A DNA stretch of 64,000 bases. Source: Lagopus muta. Its lineage: Eukaryota. Position 1 is the first letter of the stretch, and the number at the start of each line of letters is the position of its first letter. Positions 37,013-50,123 of this stretch are shown here, in pieces. The notes below the pieces were generated by a model. It did not search any database and was not told where the DNA came from. It saw only the letters and a list, made by a program, of their open reading frames with translations. The DNA is taken from NCBI RefSeq assembly GCF_023343835.1, contig NC_064458.1, forward strand, positions 4,793,829 to 4,857,828. Reading direction: 5' to 3'. Made by a program: the position numbers and the translations under genes.

Positions 37013-40000
37013 TACATGAAGATGGTCTTCATTTGTCTGAAGAACTATATCTGTCTGAAGACAAGAGCTACATTTATCTGAAGAGAATACCTACATCTAC
37101 TTGAAGTGAATAGCTACATCTATCTCAAGAGTTACATGGGTCAGAAGAGCTGCATATCTCTGTAGAGCTCCATCTACATTTGCCAGAAGAGAAGATCTAT
37201 ATCTATCTGACAAGAAGAGCTACATCTTTTGGAAGAGAAGAGCTGCATTTGTCTGATGAGAAGAGCTGAATCTATCTGAAGACAAGAGCTGAATCTATCT
37301 CAAAGGAAGAGCTACATCGATCCGAAGAGCTAAATCTGTCTGAAGAGAACAGGTCCACCTATCGCAAGAGCTAAATAAATCTAAAGAGCTACATGTATCA
37401 GAAGAGCTACGTTTGTCTGAAGAGAACAGCTGCAACTATCTAAGTAGAAGAGCTGCATGCATGTGAAGAGCTACATCTATCTGAAGAGAAGAGGCATATG
37501 TGTCTGAAGAAAAGAGCTGCATCTGTTAGATGAGAACAGCTAAATCTTTCTGAAGAGAACTACATCTATCTGAAGAGAAGAGCTGCATCCGTCTAAAGAG
37601 AAGAGCTTCATCCATCTGAAGAGCTACATCTATCAGAAGAGAAGATCTACATCAATCGGAAGAGAAGAGCTACATATGTCTGAAGAAAAGAGCTACATCT
37701 GTCTGAAGAGAAGAGCTGCGTCTGTTTTAAGAGAAGAGCTACATCTATCTGAAGAGAAGAGCTTCATCTGTCTGAAGAGAAGTGCTACATCTAACTGGAA
37801 AGGAGTGCTGCATATTTCTGAACGGAAGAGCTACATCTATCTGAAGGGAAGAGCTACATCTATCTGAAGAGAAGTGCTACATTTATCTGAAGAGAATACC
37901 TACCTCTACTTGAAGAGAATAGCGACATCTATCTGACGACAAGAGTTGAATCTATCTGAAGAAAAGGGCTGACTCTATCTCAAGAGAAGAGCTACGTCTA
38001 TGTGAAGGGAAGAGCTACATCCATCTGAAGAGCTACATCTATCTGAAGAGAAGAGCTACATCTATCAGACGAGAAGAACTGAATCTATCTCAAGAGAAGA
38101 GCTACATTTATCTGAAGAGCTACAATTATGAGCTACATCTGTCTGAAGAGAAGAGCTACATCTGAAGAGAAGAGCTGCATCTGTTTGAAGACAAGAGCTA
38201 CATCTATGTGACGAGAAGAGGTACATCTGTCTGCAGAGACGAGCTACATCAACCCAAAGCGAAGAGCTACATGTATCTGAATAGAAGAGCTACATCTGTC
38301 TGAAGAGAAGAGCTACATCTATCTGAAGAGAAGAGACACATGTGTCTGAAGAAAAGAGCTGCATCTGTTTGAAGGGAAGAGCTAAATCTTTCTGAAGAGA
38401 ACTACATCTATCTGAAGAGAAGAGTTGCATATGTCAGAAGGGAAGAGCTACATCTATCTGAAGAGAAGATCTACATCAATCTGAAGAGAAGAGCTTCATC
38501 TGTCTGAAGAGAAGAGCTACATGCATCTGAAGAGAAGAGCTACATCTATCTGAAGAGAAATGCTACATCTATCAGAAGAGAAGAGCTACGTTTATCTGAA
38601 GAGAAGAGCTATATATCTCTCAAGAGAAGAGCTGCATCTGTCTGAAGAGAAGTACATGTGTCTGAAGAGAAGAGCTACATCTGTCTCAATAGAACAGCTA
38701 CATCCTTCTGAAAAGCTACATTTACATGAAGAGAAGGGCGACATCTATCTAAAGAGAAAAGCTACATCTATCTGAAGAGAAAAGCTACATCTGTCTGAAG
38801 TGCTACACCTATTTGAAGATCTGCATCTACATTTCCCTGACGAGAAGAGCTACATCTACCGGAAGATAGGAGCTACATCTGTCTAAAGAGAAGAGCTACA
38901 TCTGTCTGAAGAGAAACGCTACATCTGTCTGAAGGAAAGAGCTACATCTATCTGAAGAGAAGATCTACATCTATCTGAAGAGAAGTTCTACATCTGTCTG
39001 AAGGAAAGAGCTACATCTGTCTGAAGAGAAGAGCTACATCTATCCGAATAGAAGATCTACATCTATCTGAAGAGAAGAGGCACTAGTTTCTGAAGAAAAG
39101 AGCTGGATCTGTTTGTGGAGTAGAGCTTTCTGAAGAGAACTACATCTATCTGTAGATAAGCTACATCTGTCTGATGAGAAGAGCTGAATCTATCTGAAGA
39201 GCCGAATCTATCTCAAGAGAAGAGCTACATTTATCTGAAGAGAAGTGATACATTTGTCTGAAAGGAACAGCTACATCTATCTGAAGAGAAGATCTGCAAC
39301 TGTCTCATGGAAAAAGCTACATCTATCTGAAGAGAAGAGCTACATCTTTTCCAAGAGAAGAGCTGCATTTATCTGAAGAGATGAGCTACATGTGTCTCAA
39401 GAGAAGAGCTGAATCTGTGTGAAGGGAAGAGCTTCATCTCTCTGAATAGAAGAGCTACATCCATCTGAAGAGCTTCATCTATCTGAAGAAAAAAGGTACA
39501 TCTTCCCGAAAAGAATAGCTACATCTGTCTGAAGAGAGGAAATAAATCTGTCTGAAAAGAAGAGCTACATCTTCCCGAAGAGAAGAGCTGCATCTATTTG
39601 AAGAGCTGCATCTTTTTGAAGAGAAGAGCTGCATCTGTCTGAAGAAAAGAGCTACATCTGTCTGAAGAGAAGATCTACATCTATCTCAAGAGAAGAGCTT
39701 CATCTATCTGAAGAGAAGAGCTATATCTTCCGGAAGAGAAGAGCTACATTTATATGAAGAAAAGAGTTGCATGTGTTTCAAGAGAAGAGCTGCATCTGTC
39801 TGAATAGAAGAGCTACATACAGCTGAAGAGCTACATCTACCTGAAGAGTAGAGCGACATCTATCTGAAGAGAAAAGCTAAATCTGTCTGCAGAGAAGAAC
39901 TACATCTACCTGAAAAGAAGAGCTACATCTCTCTGAAGAGAGGAGCTGCACGTATTTGAAGACCTGCATCTACATTTGCCTGAAGAGAAGAGCTACATCT

Positions 40001-43000
40001 ACCTGAAGAGAAGTGCTACATGTATCTGAAGACAAGAGCTACATCTGTCTTAAGAACAGAATCTATCTGAAGACAAGAGCTGAATCTATCTCAAGAGAAG
40101 AGCTACATTTATCTAAAGAGAAGAACTACATCTATCTGAAAAGAAGAGCTACATCTATCTGAGGAGAAGATGTGCAACTGTCTTATGGAAAGATCTACAT
40201 CTCTCTGAAGGGAAGAGCTACATCTGTCTGAACACAAGAGCTACATCTGTGTGAAGAGAAGAGCTACATTTATCTAAAGAGAAGATCTATATATGTATGA
40301 AGGGAACAGCTACATCTGTCTGACGGGAAGAGCTACATCTATCTAAAGAGAAGATCAATATATGTCTGAAGGGAACAGCTACATCTGTCTGAAGGGAAGA
40401 GCTACATCTATCTAAAGAGAAGATCAATATATGTCTGAAGGGAACAGCTACATCTATCTGAAGAGAAGAGCGACACCTACCTGAAGAGAAATGCTAAATC
40501 TGTCTGAAGAGAAGATCTACATCTATCTGAAGTGAACAGCTACACCTGACTGAAGGGAAGAGCTACATCTGTCTGAAGAGAAGAGCTCCATTTGTCTGAA
40601 GACTTGATCTGCAACTGTCTCATGGAAAGAGCTACATGTATCTGAAGAGAAGAGCTACAACAGTCTGAAGAGAAGAGAAGCATCTGTCTGAAGAGAAGAG
40701 GTACATGTGTCTGAAGACAAGGGCTACATCTGTCTGACAGAAAGAGCTACATCTTTCTGAAGAGAAGAGCTACAGCGATCTGAAGAGAAGAGCTACAGCT
40801 ATCTGAAGAGAAGATCTACATCTATCTGAAGAGAAAAGGTACATCTGTCTGAAGAGAAGAGCTACATCTGCCTGAAGGAAAGAGCTACATCTGTCTGCAG
40901 AGAAGATCTACATCTATCTGAAGAGCTACATCCGTCTGAAGAGAAGAACTACATCTGTCTGATGAGAAGAGCTTCATCTATCGGAATAGAATATCTACAT
41001 CTGTCTGAAGAGAAAATCTACATCTATCTGAAGAGAAAAGCTACCTCTGTCAGAAGAGAAGAGCTACATCTGTCTAAAGAGAAGAGCGATATCAATATAC
41101 AGTGAAGAGCTACATCTATCTGAAGAGAAGAGCTACAACTGTATGATGAGAAGAGCTGAATCTATCTGAAGAGCTGAATCTATCTTAAGAGAAGAGCTAC
41201 ATTTATCTGAAGAGGAGATCTGCAACTGTCTCATGGAAAAAGCTACATCTATCTGAACAGAAGAGTAACATCAGTCTTTAGAGCAGAGCTACATCTGTCT
41301 GAACACTAGAGCTACATCTATCTGAAGAGAAGATCTACATCTATCTCAAGAGAAGAATTACATCTGCCTGAAGAGAAGTGCTAAAGCTCTCTGAAGAAAA
41401 GAACTATATCTGACTGAAGACAATAGCTACATCTGTCTGAACGGAAGAGCTTCATCTGTCTGTGGAGAAGAGCTGCATCTATTTCAAGAGCTGTATCTAC
41501 ATTTGCCTGAAGAGAAGAAATACATCCATCTGAAGAGCTACATCTTTCTGAAGAGAAGTGCTACATCTATCAGCAGAGAAGAGGTATATCTATCTGAAGA
41601 TAAGAGCTACATATTTCTGAATAGAAGAGCTACATCTGTCTGAAGTGAAGGGCTACATCTATCTGAAGAGAAGATCTACATGCATCTGAAGAGAAGACCT
41701 ATATCTGTGACAAGATAAGAGCTACGTCTATGTGATTAGAAGAGCTACAACTGTCTGCAGAGTTCTAGATCTATGTGAAGTGAAGAGCTACATCAATCTG
41801 AATAGAAGAGCTACATCTCTTAGCAGAGAAGATCCATATCTATGTGAAGAGAAGAGGTACATCTATCTGAAGGGAAGAGCTACATCTGTCTGAAGTGAAC
41901 AGCTACATCTATCTGAAGATAAGAGCTATATCCATCTGAAGAGATACAGCTGTCTAAAGAGAAGTGCTACATCTATCAGAAGAGAAAAGGTATATCTATC
42001 TTAAGATAAGAGATACATATTTCTGAATAGAAGAGCTACATCTGTCTCAAGTGAAGAGCTGCATCTATCTGAAGAGAAGATCTACATTTATCTGAAGAGC
42101 TACATCTGTCTGAACAGAAGAGCTACATCTATCTGAAGAGAAGAGGCACATGTGTCTGAAGAAAAGAGCTGCAACGGTTTGAAGGGAAGAGCTGAATCTT
42201 TCTGAAGAGAACTACATCTATCTGAAGAGAAGTGTTGCATCTGTCAGAAGGGAAGAGCTACATTTCTCAGAAGAGAAGATCTACATCTATCTGAAGAGAA
42301 CAGCTACACCTGACTGAAGAGAAGAGATGCATCTGTCTGAAGAGAAGAGATGCATCTGTGTGAAGAGAAGAGCTCCATTTGTCTGAAGGGAAGATATACA
42401 TCTATCTGAAGAGAAGAGCTACATCTGTCTGAAGAGACGATCTGCAACTGTCTCATGGAAAGAGCTACATGTATCTGAAGAGAAGAGCTACAACTGACTG
42501 AAGAGACGCATCTGTCAGAAGAGAAGAGCTACATCTGTCTGAAGAGAAGATCTACATCTACTTGAAGAGCTGCATCTACATTTACCTGAAGATAAGAGCT
42601 ACATCTATCTGAAGACAGGAGTTGAATCTATTTCAAGAGAATAGCTACATCTATCTGTAGAGAAGAGCTACATCCATCTGAAGGGCTACATCTTTTTGAA
42701 GAGAAGTACTACATCTGTCTGAAGAGAAGAGCTACAAATATCTAAAGAGAAGAGCTACATCTGTCTGAAAAGAAGAGCTACATCAATCTGAAGACAAGAG
42801 CTGAATCTATCTCAAGAGAAGATCTACATCTATCTGAAGCGAAGAGCTACATCTGACTGAAGAGATTATCTGCAACAGTCTTATGGAAAGAGCTACATGT
42901 ATCTGAGGAGAAGAGCTACAACTGTCAGAAGAGAAGAGCTGCGTCAGTCTGAAGACAAGGGCTACATCTGTCTGAAGAGAAGAGATGCATCTGTCTGAAG

Positions 43001-46000
43001 AGAAGAGCTACATCTGTCTGAAGACAAGGGCTACATCTGTCTGAAGAGAAGAGATGCATCTGTCTGAAGAGAAGAGCTACATCTATCTGAATAGAAGATC
43101 TACATCTCTCTGAAGAGAAGAGCTACATCTGTATGATGAGAAGAGCTGAATGTATCTGAAGACAAGAGCTGAATCTATCTCAAGAGAAGAGCTACATCTA
43201 TCTGAAGAGGAGATCTGCAACTGTCTCATGGAAAGAGCTACATCTATCTGAAGAGAAGAGCTACATCTGTCTTTAGAGAAGAGCTGCATCCGCCTGAACA
43301 CAAGAGCTACATCTATCTGAAGAGAAAAGGTACATCTATTTGAGGAGAAGAGCTACATCTATCTGAAGAGAAGAGCGACATCTGTCTGAAGAGAAGAGCT
43401 ACATCTAACTGAACGGAAGAGTTAAATCTATCTGAAGAGAAGAGCTAAATCTATCTCAAGAGAAGAGCTGCATCTGTCTGAACACAAGAGCTACATCAAT
43501 CAGAAGAAAAACCGTACATCTATCTGCAGAGAAGAGCTACATCTATCTGAAGAGAAGATCTACATCTACCTGATGAGAAGAGCTACATCTATCTGAAGAG
43601 AAGAGCTACATCTATCTGAAGAGAAGAGCTACGTCTGTCTGAACAGAAGAGCTACATCTGTATGAAGAGAAGATCTACAACTGTCTGCAGAGAAGTTCTA
43701 GATCTATGTGAAGAGAAGAGCTACATCTTTCTAAAGAGAAGAGCTACGTCTATCAAAAGAGAACAGATACATTTGTCATCAGAGAAGAGCTACATATATC
43801 TGTAGGAAAGAGCAACATCTGACTGAAGATAAGAGCCTCATCTGTCTGTAGGGAAGAGCTACATCTATCTGAAGAGAAGATCTAAATCTATCTGAAGAGA
43901 AAAGCTACATCAGTCTGAAGAGATGAGCTACATCTATCTGAAAAGAAGAGATTCATCTGTATGAAGAGAAGAGCTACATCTGTCTGCAGAGAAGAGCTAC
44001 ATCTATCTGAAGAAAAGTACTACATTTATGTGAAGAGAAGAGCTACATCCATTTGAAGAGAAGCCATGCATCTGTCTGAAGAGAAGAGCTACATCTTTCT
44101 GAAGAAAATACCCACTTCTACATGAAGAGAATAGCTGCAACTCTCCCAAGAGATACAACTGTCAGAAGAGCTTCGTCTATTTGAAGAGCTGCATCTATAT
44201 TTGCCTGAAGACAAGTGCTACATCTATCTGACGAGAAGAGTGACATCTATCTGAAGAGAAGAGCTACATCTCTCTGAAGAGATACATCTATCTGAAGAGA
44301 AAAGCTGCATCAGTCTGAAGAGATGAGCTACATCTATCGGAAAAGAAGAGATTCATCTGTCTGAAGAGAAGAGCTGCATCTGTGTGAAGAGAAGAGCTAC
44401 ATCTACCTCCAGAGAAGTGCTAAATCTTTCTGAAGAGAAGATCTTTATCTATCTGAATAGAAGAGCTACATCTGTTTGCAGAGAAGATCTACAGCTATGT
44501 GAAGAGTAGAGTTACATCTGTCTGAAGAGAAGATCTACATTTATCTGAAGGGAAGAGCTACATCCATTTGAAGAGAAGAGATGCATCTGTCTGAAGACAA
44601 GAGCTACATCTGTCTGAAAAGAAGAGCTACGTCTTTCTGAAGAGAGGTGCTGCATCTGTCTGAAGAGAAAAGCTACATCTATCGGAAGAGAAGAGCTACA
44701 TCTGTCTGAAGACAAGAGCTACATCTGTCTGAAGGGAAGAGCTACATCTATCAGAAGAGAAGAGCTGAATCTGTCTGAAGAGAAGATCTACATACATCTG
44801 AAGAGAGGTCTACATTTATCTGAATGAAAGAGCTACATCTATCTGAAGAGAATGGCTACATTTGTATGAAGAGAAGAGCTACATCTGTCTGAAGATCTAC
44901 ATCTGTCTGAAGAGAAGAGCTACATTTGTCTGAAAAGAAGAGCTACATCTATCTGTGGACAAGAGCTACATCTATCTGAATAGAAGAGGTACATCTCTTT
45001 GCAGAGAAGATCTACATCTATGTGAAGAGCTACATCTATCTGAAGAGTAGAGCAACATCCATCTGAAGATAAGAGCTACATCTGACTGAAGATAAGAGCG
45101 TCATCTGTCTGAAGTGAATAGCTAGATCTTTCTGAAGAGAAGAGCTGCATCTGTCTGAAGAGAAGAGCTACATCTGTCTGAAGACAAGAGCTACATCTGT
45201 CTAAAGAGAAGAGCAACATCTATCTGAAGATAAGAGCTACATCCATCTGAACAGATACATCTTGCTAAAGAGAAGTGCTACATCTATTAGAAGAGAAGTA
45301 CATCTGTCTGAAGTTAAAAGCTACATATTTCTGAATAGAAGGACTACATCTGTCTGAAGTGAAGTGCTACATCTATCTGAAGATCTACATTTATTACTTC
45401 TAAATGAAGAGAATAGCTACAACTCTCCCAAGAGATACATCTGTCAGAAAAGCTTCATCTATTTCAAGAGCTGCATCTACATTTGCCTGAAGAGAAGTGA
45501 TACATCTATCTGACGAGAAGAGCAACATCTATCTGAAGATCTACATCTCTCTGAAGAGAAGTGCTAAATCTATCTGAAGAGAAGAGCTTCATCCATCTGA
45601 AGAGATACATCTTTCTGAAGAGAAGAGCTACATCTATCAGAAGAGAAGAGGTACATCTGTCTGAAGAGAAGAGCTACATCTGTATGAAGATAAGAGCTAC
45701 ATCCATCTTAAGAGCTACATCTGTCTGAAGAGAAGAGCTACATCTGTCTGAAGAGCTGCATCTGTCTGAAGAGAAGAGCTACATCTATCTGAAGGGAAGA
45801 GCTGAATCTGTCTGAAGGGAAGAGCTACATCAATCTGAAGATAAGAGCTACATCCATCTGAAGAGCTACATCTTTTTGAAGAGATCAGCTAAATCTGTCG
45901 GAAAAGAAGAACTACATCTGCCTGAAGAGAAGAGATACATCTATCTGAATAGAAGAGCTACATCTGTCTGCAGAGAAGATCTACATCTATGTGAAGATAA

Positions 46001-47098
46001 GAGCTATATCTTTCTCAAGAGAAGACCTACATCTATCTGAAGGTAAAAATTACATCCATCTGAATTGCTACATTTGTCTGAAGTGAAAATCTACATCTAT
46101 CAGAATGGAAGAGATATATGTGTCTGAAGAGAAGATCTACATATATCTGTCTGAAGAGAAGAGCTACACCTGTCTGAAGAGTTACATCTATCTGAAGAGA
46201 AGAGCTTCATCCATCTGAAGAGATACATCTTTCTGAAGAGAAGAGCTACATCTATCAGAAGAGAAGAGGTACATCTGTCTGAAGGGAAGACCTGCATATA
46301 TCTGTCTGAAGAGAAGAGCTACATCTATCTGAAGTGAATAGCTAGATCTTTCTGGAGAGAAGAGCTACATCTGTCTGATGAGGAGAGCTACATGTATCTG
46401 AAGAGCTACTTGTATCTGAAGAGAAGTGCTACATTTATCTGAAGAGAAGATTTCCATCTGAAGAGCTACATCTGTCTGAAGGGAAGAGCTACCTCTATCT
46501 GAAGTGGTACATCTTTCTCAAGAGCAAAATGTATCAGAGGATAAGAGCTACATCTGTTTAAAAAGCCACTTTTGTATGAATAGAAGAGGTGTATCTGTCT
46601 CAAAGCTACATATATCTGAAGAGCTGGATTTATCAAAAGAGCTACATCTGTCTGAAGAGTAGAGCTGCATCTCTCTGAAGAGAAGAGGTACATCTACCTG
46701 AACAGAAAAGCTACATCTCTCTGAAGAGCTGCATCTATCTGAAAAACAGAGTTATACCTGTCTGAAGAGAATAGCTAAATCTATCTGATGGGAAGAGCTT
46801 GATCTATCTGAAGATAAGTGCTGCATCAATCTGAAGGGAAGAGCTGCATGTGTCTGAAGAGAAGAGCTACATTTACCTGTCGAGAAGAGCTACATCTACC
46901 TATCTGAAGAGAAGACCTACATCTGCCTATCTGAATTTCTTCATCTTCCTATCTGATGAGCTACATCTGCTTGTGTGAAGAGCTCCATCTACCTGAAGAG
47001 CTACATCTGCCTACCTATATATCTGAAGAACTACATCTACGTACCTATCTCTCTGAAGATCTACATCTATCTCTGAAGAGCTACATCTATCTGAAGAA
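37013..47098 (+). repeat. Satellite block 3, back in + orientation. Its monomers are noticeably more heterogeneous than in blocks 1 and 2. It contains a ~1.2 kb segment (39068-40255) duplicated from 20520-21725.
   Basis: Direct reading. The orientation switch occurs at 37012/37013 (…gatagattcagctg|ctacatgaagatggtcttcatttgtctgaag…). Confidence 0.9.
37017..37031. other. Small palindrome TGAAGA-TGG-TCTTCA exactly at the block 2/block 3 orientation switch
   Basis: Read directly. 6-bp arms with a 3-bp spacer. Confidence 0.6.
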
Positions 47099-48399
47099 TC
47101 TTTCCTATTGCTTGTCGTCCCTTCCCCTTCTTTTAAAATGACCAGCACTTGTAATAAACTGGTTGGGCTGACATCCACCCTTTTTGTATGAATCTTGCCG
47201 TCAAGTGAACATAGACTTGAACCTCCTCTTGCTCTCATAATAGGAGCGAGACAGTACCATCTCCTTGAAGGGGGACGATGGAGACTCTCCCAAGACCCCT
47301 TGGCTCTGACAGATGTGATTGCCACATTCCTCGGAGCCCTGGAACCCCGATATCCTCATTTTCCAATGCGGTGCTCTCTTCCAGTGACACACAGAGCAGA
47401 GCAAAGCCCACGATTTTGCAGCACGTGAAAGGTGTAGCTAAGTATGAGGCCAGAGAGGTGACTTTCTCCTTCCAACTTGCTCTCCTTTAGATCCCTAGGA
47501 ATAGAAGGGGTTTTTGGGAGGTGTTCAGAGCTAGACACTGCAGCTGGACGACTTGTATGGAAGGGATAAAGAGAAGCAGAGAAATGGCTGCCTCCCCTCA
47601 GCGTTCTGACCTTAAACCACCCCCGCAGTACGCGTCCGGGAGAAGAACTGCCCTATTTTTTGAGAAGTTTCTCTTCTACAGAAACCCATTTGCTGTTGGA
47701 CCACAGGGAAAGAGATGCAAGAGAATACAAGAAAGGTCTTGCAGAAAACAGTCCTTTGCTCCGTTCCCATCACTGGTGCACTGAACAAGATCCATCAGCC
47801 TCACAGGGACGCTCTTTCTCCCTGAAATGCAGGCCCCAAGTGAAACAATTGCAATTCCTCATTTAAGAAGCAAAAGAGAAGCCCAAAAAGCACAGAGTAG
47901 TTAGAAAACAGGTGCATATTTTTATTACAGCACTGCACACACACACACTGGGTGCAGAGGGGGTGGCCCCTCCTTGTTTGCACACTGCACAGTGACAGCT
48001 TAAGGATATTTCTGGAGACAAGTTATACATATGCAAGAAGGGGAGGGGATGATTACAGTCGGTTCCAAGCAACAAGGCGTAGATTATTCTGATATTAAAA
48101 TTAGAATAGGAGGAAATATCACAACTGTTTCCAAGAAGCTATTATCACATTGCCCACCCCAATTGCTGAGTTAATGTGACTTGTAGTGGAATTCCCAAGT
48201 CACAGTCTGAACCAATACATGAGCACGAGTGCCTGGTGCAAGAGAGAGACAAGGCTGCATTCCTCAGCTCTCCCCTCCACATCCCTCCCTGCACTCTGTT
48301 TTGCCCCTGTTCATTCTACACCCCCTTGCCTGGTTCACAATTAAGTGAAATGCCGTTCTGAAACGATTCTAAAGAAACGTGTTCCACATCAGTCATCTT

Positions 48400-48545
48400 C
48401 CTCAGTATCACACCTAATCGTTCCCTGAACACCTCCAGGGAATCTGACTGCAGTCCCTCCCTGGGCAGTCTGTCCAGGGCCCAACCACTCTTCTGGAGAA
48501 GTTTTTCCTAACGTCCAGCCTGAGAGAACTCTCAAGGTTCTTTCA
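48400..48545 (-). mobile_element. CR1 fragment (3'-proximal part) in minus orientation
   Basis: cctccctgggcagtctgtccagggcccaaccactcttctggagaagtttttcctaacgtccagcctgagagaactc is homologous to 5720-5790 of the minus-oriented CR1 in this window. Confidence 0.6.
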
Positions 48546-48559
48546 TTTCTTCACAAAGC

Positions 48560-49165
48560 TGTTTCAAAATCTTCATCTGGGAGGGAGCATGTGAGCCTAA
48601 TGAGATTCAGCAAGGTCAAGTGTAGGGTGTTGCACCTGGGTCAGGGCAACCCCAGATATCTGTGCAGACTGGGAGAAGAACTCATGGAAGGCAGCCCTGC
48701 TGAGAAGGACTTCGGTGTCCTGGCAGACAAAAAACTTCACCTGAGCCAGCAGTGAGAGCTAGGCTTGTTCAGTCTGGAGAAGAGAATGCTCTGAGGAAAA
48801 CCTGATGTGGCCTTCCAGTAATTAAATGGGAACTTATAAGCAGGAGGGAAGTCAGATTTTAACATGGGAAGAGAACAACAGAGCAAAGGGGAACAGTTTT
48901 AAACAAAAAGAGTGGAGATTTAGTTTAGATATCAGAGAGAAATTTATCAATGAGAGGGTGATGAGGTGCTGGAACAGCTGCCCAGAGAGCCTGTGGATGC
49001 CCTGTCCATCCCTGGAGGTGTTCAAGGCCAGGCTGGATGGGGCCCTAGGCAGCCTGGACTGCTATGAAAAGAGGTTGGTGACCCTGTGTATGGCAGGGGG
49101 TTGGAGATTCATGATCCTTGAGGTGCCTTCCAACCCTGGCCATTCTGTGATCCCATGATTCTGAT
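48560..49165 (+). mobile_element. CR1 LINE 3' fragment in + orientation (RT C-terminus plus tail). It abuts the previous fragment head-to-head.
   Basis: Frames give …[51 protein letters not shown]… and …NERVMRCWNSCPESLWMPCPSLEVFKARLDGALGSL…. The tail reads ccattctgtgatcccatgattctgattctaag. Confidence 0.8.
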
Positions 49166-49451
49166 TCTAAGGGTCTGTATTTCCTGGCATTGGGATGCTA
49201 ACAAACAGAATCGATAGGTCCAGAGCACAAACTGGGAAGTTTTCAAGAGCATGGCACACAGCAGGCACCTAGTGAGATGCATGACCCTCTCCTGTCTTTC
49301 CTGCTGGTACAGGTCATGGCCTTCAGGATGTCAACTGGCAGGAAGTTTTCTAGAACAATAATCATAGGAAAACAAGTTGGAAAAGGAAGTGATAAAGAAA
49401 CTCACAGATGTTCAGAGGACTTTTTCTGCATAGGAAGGTTCCTCTTTGGAA

Positions 49452-49895
49452 GAGAAAAGAAAAGAAAAGAAAAGAAAAGAAAAGAAAAGAAAAGAAAAGA
49501 AAAGAAAAGAAAAGAAAAGAAAAGAAAAGAAAAGAAAAGAAAAGAAAAGAAAAGAAAAGAAAAGAAAAGAAAAGAAAAGAAAAGAAAAGAAAAGAAAAGA
49601 AAAGAAAAGAAAAGAAAAGAGACGAGACGAGACGAAAAGAAAAGAGACGAGACGAGTCGAGACGAGACGAGACGAGACGAGACGAAAAGAAAAGAAAAGA
49701 AAAGAAAAGAAAAGAGACGAGACGAGACGAGACGAGACGAGACGAGACGAGACGAGACGAGACGAGACGAGACGAGACGAGACGAGACGAGACGAGACGA
49801 AAAGAAAAGAAAAGAAAAGAAAAGAAAAGAAAAGAAAAGAAAAGAAAAGAGACGAGACGAGACGAGACGAAAAGAAAAGAGACGAGACGAGACGA
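49452..49895. repeat. Compound microsatellite (GAAAA)n ~36 units, then alternating (GAGAC)n and (GAAAA)n blocks. It directly abuts the LTR terminus of the tandem array.
   Basis: Direct reading. It ends …gagacgagacga|TGTCTCGC. GAGACA is the reverse complement of the LTR terminal TGTCTC. Confidence 0.9.
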
Positions 49896-49994
49896 TGTCT
49901 CGCTCCAATTTATAGGAGGGAGAGGAGGTTCTTTTATTATCTATATACCCGGCGTGAGATTAAGAAGCACCGGTTCAAATGTTGGTCCGACCAG

Positions 49995-50000
49995 TTTATT
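49995..50000 (-). promoter_or_regulatory. Candidate LTR poly(A) signal AATAAA (sense strand), ~105 nt from the LTR 3' terminus. Repeats at +4794 and +9588.
   Basis: + strand ccagTTTATTacaag. Its position relative to TATAAAG (50117-50123) and the LTR end fits a U3-R-U5 layout. Confidence 0.35.
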
Positions 50001-50116
50001 ACAAGTCTTAATCAGGGAAATGGGGAAGGGGAGGACGGACACTATTATGAATTAGGGTAATGGGGGAAGGGAAGGAGGGCGATAGAAAAGATAGGAAAGA
50101 AGAAGAGGCAAGGAGT

Positions 50117-50123
50117 CTTTATA
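50117..50123 (-). promoter_or_regulatory. Candidate LTR TATA box, sense TATAAAG (gctgccTATAAAGactcc), ~220 nt upstream of the LTR 3' terminus. Repeats at 54911 and 59705. Mutated to TATAATG in the old copy at ~6937.
   Basis: Read directly on the minus strand. Spacing to the downstream AATAAA is about 120 nt. Confidence 0.35.

Noticed and set aside
9945-47098. Dozens of 60-77 aa ORFs on both strands inside the satellite (for example LKRRATS…, …SSLQTDVALLFR…)
   Set aside because: They are periodic translations of a 23-bp (non-triplet) tandem repeat. They appear on both strands, have no start or stop context, and the composition is repeat-driven.
47935-47950. Short (AC)8 dinucleotide run
   Set aside because: It is too short to matter and is background microsatellite.
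49905-49925. TATAAAT on the element sense strand only ~15 nt from the LTR 3' terminus
   Set aside because: It is too close to the U5 end to be the LTR promoter. A better-placed TATAAAG at 50117-50123 with a downstream AATAAA fits the U3-R-U5 geometry.
49277-50060. 200-215 aa ORFs rich in KEKKRKEKK / RDETRRDE and the reverse-strand FFSFLFFS
   Set aside because: They are translations of the (GAAAA)n/(GAGAC)n microsatellite in all frames, so low-complexity artefacts.
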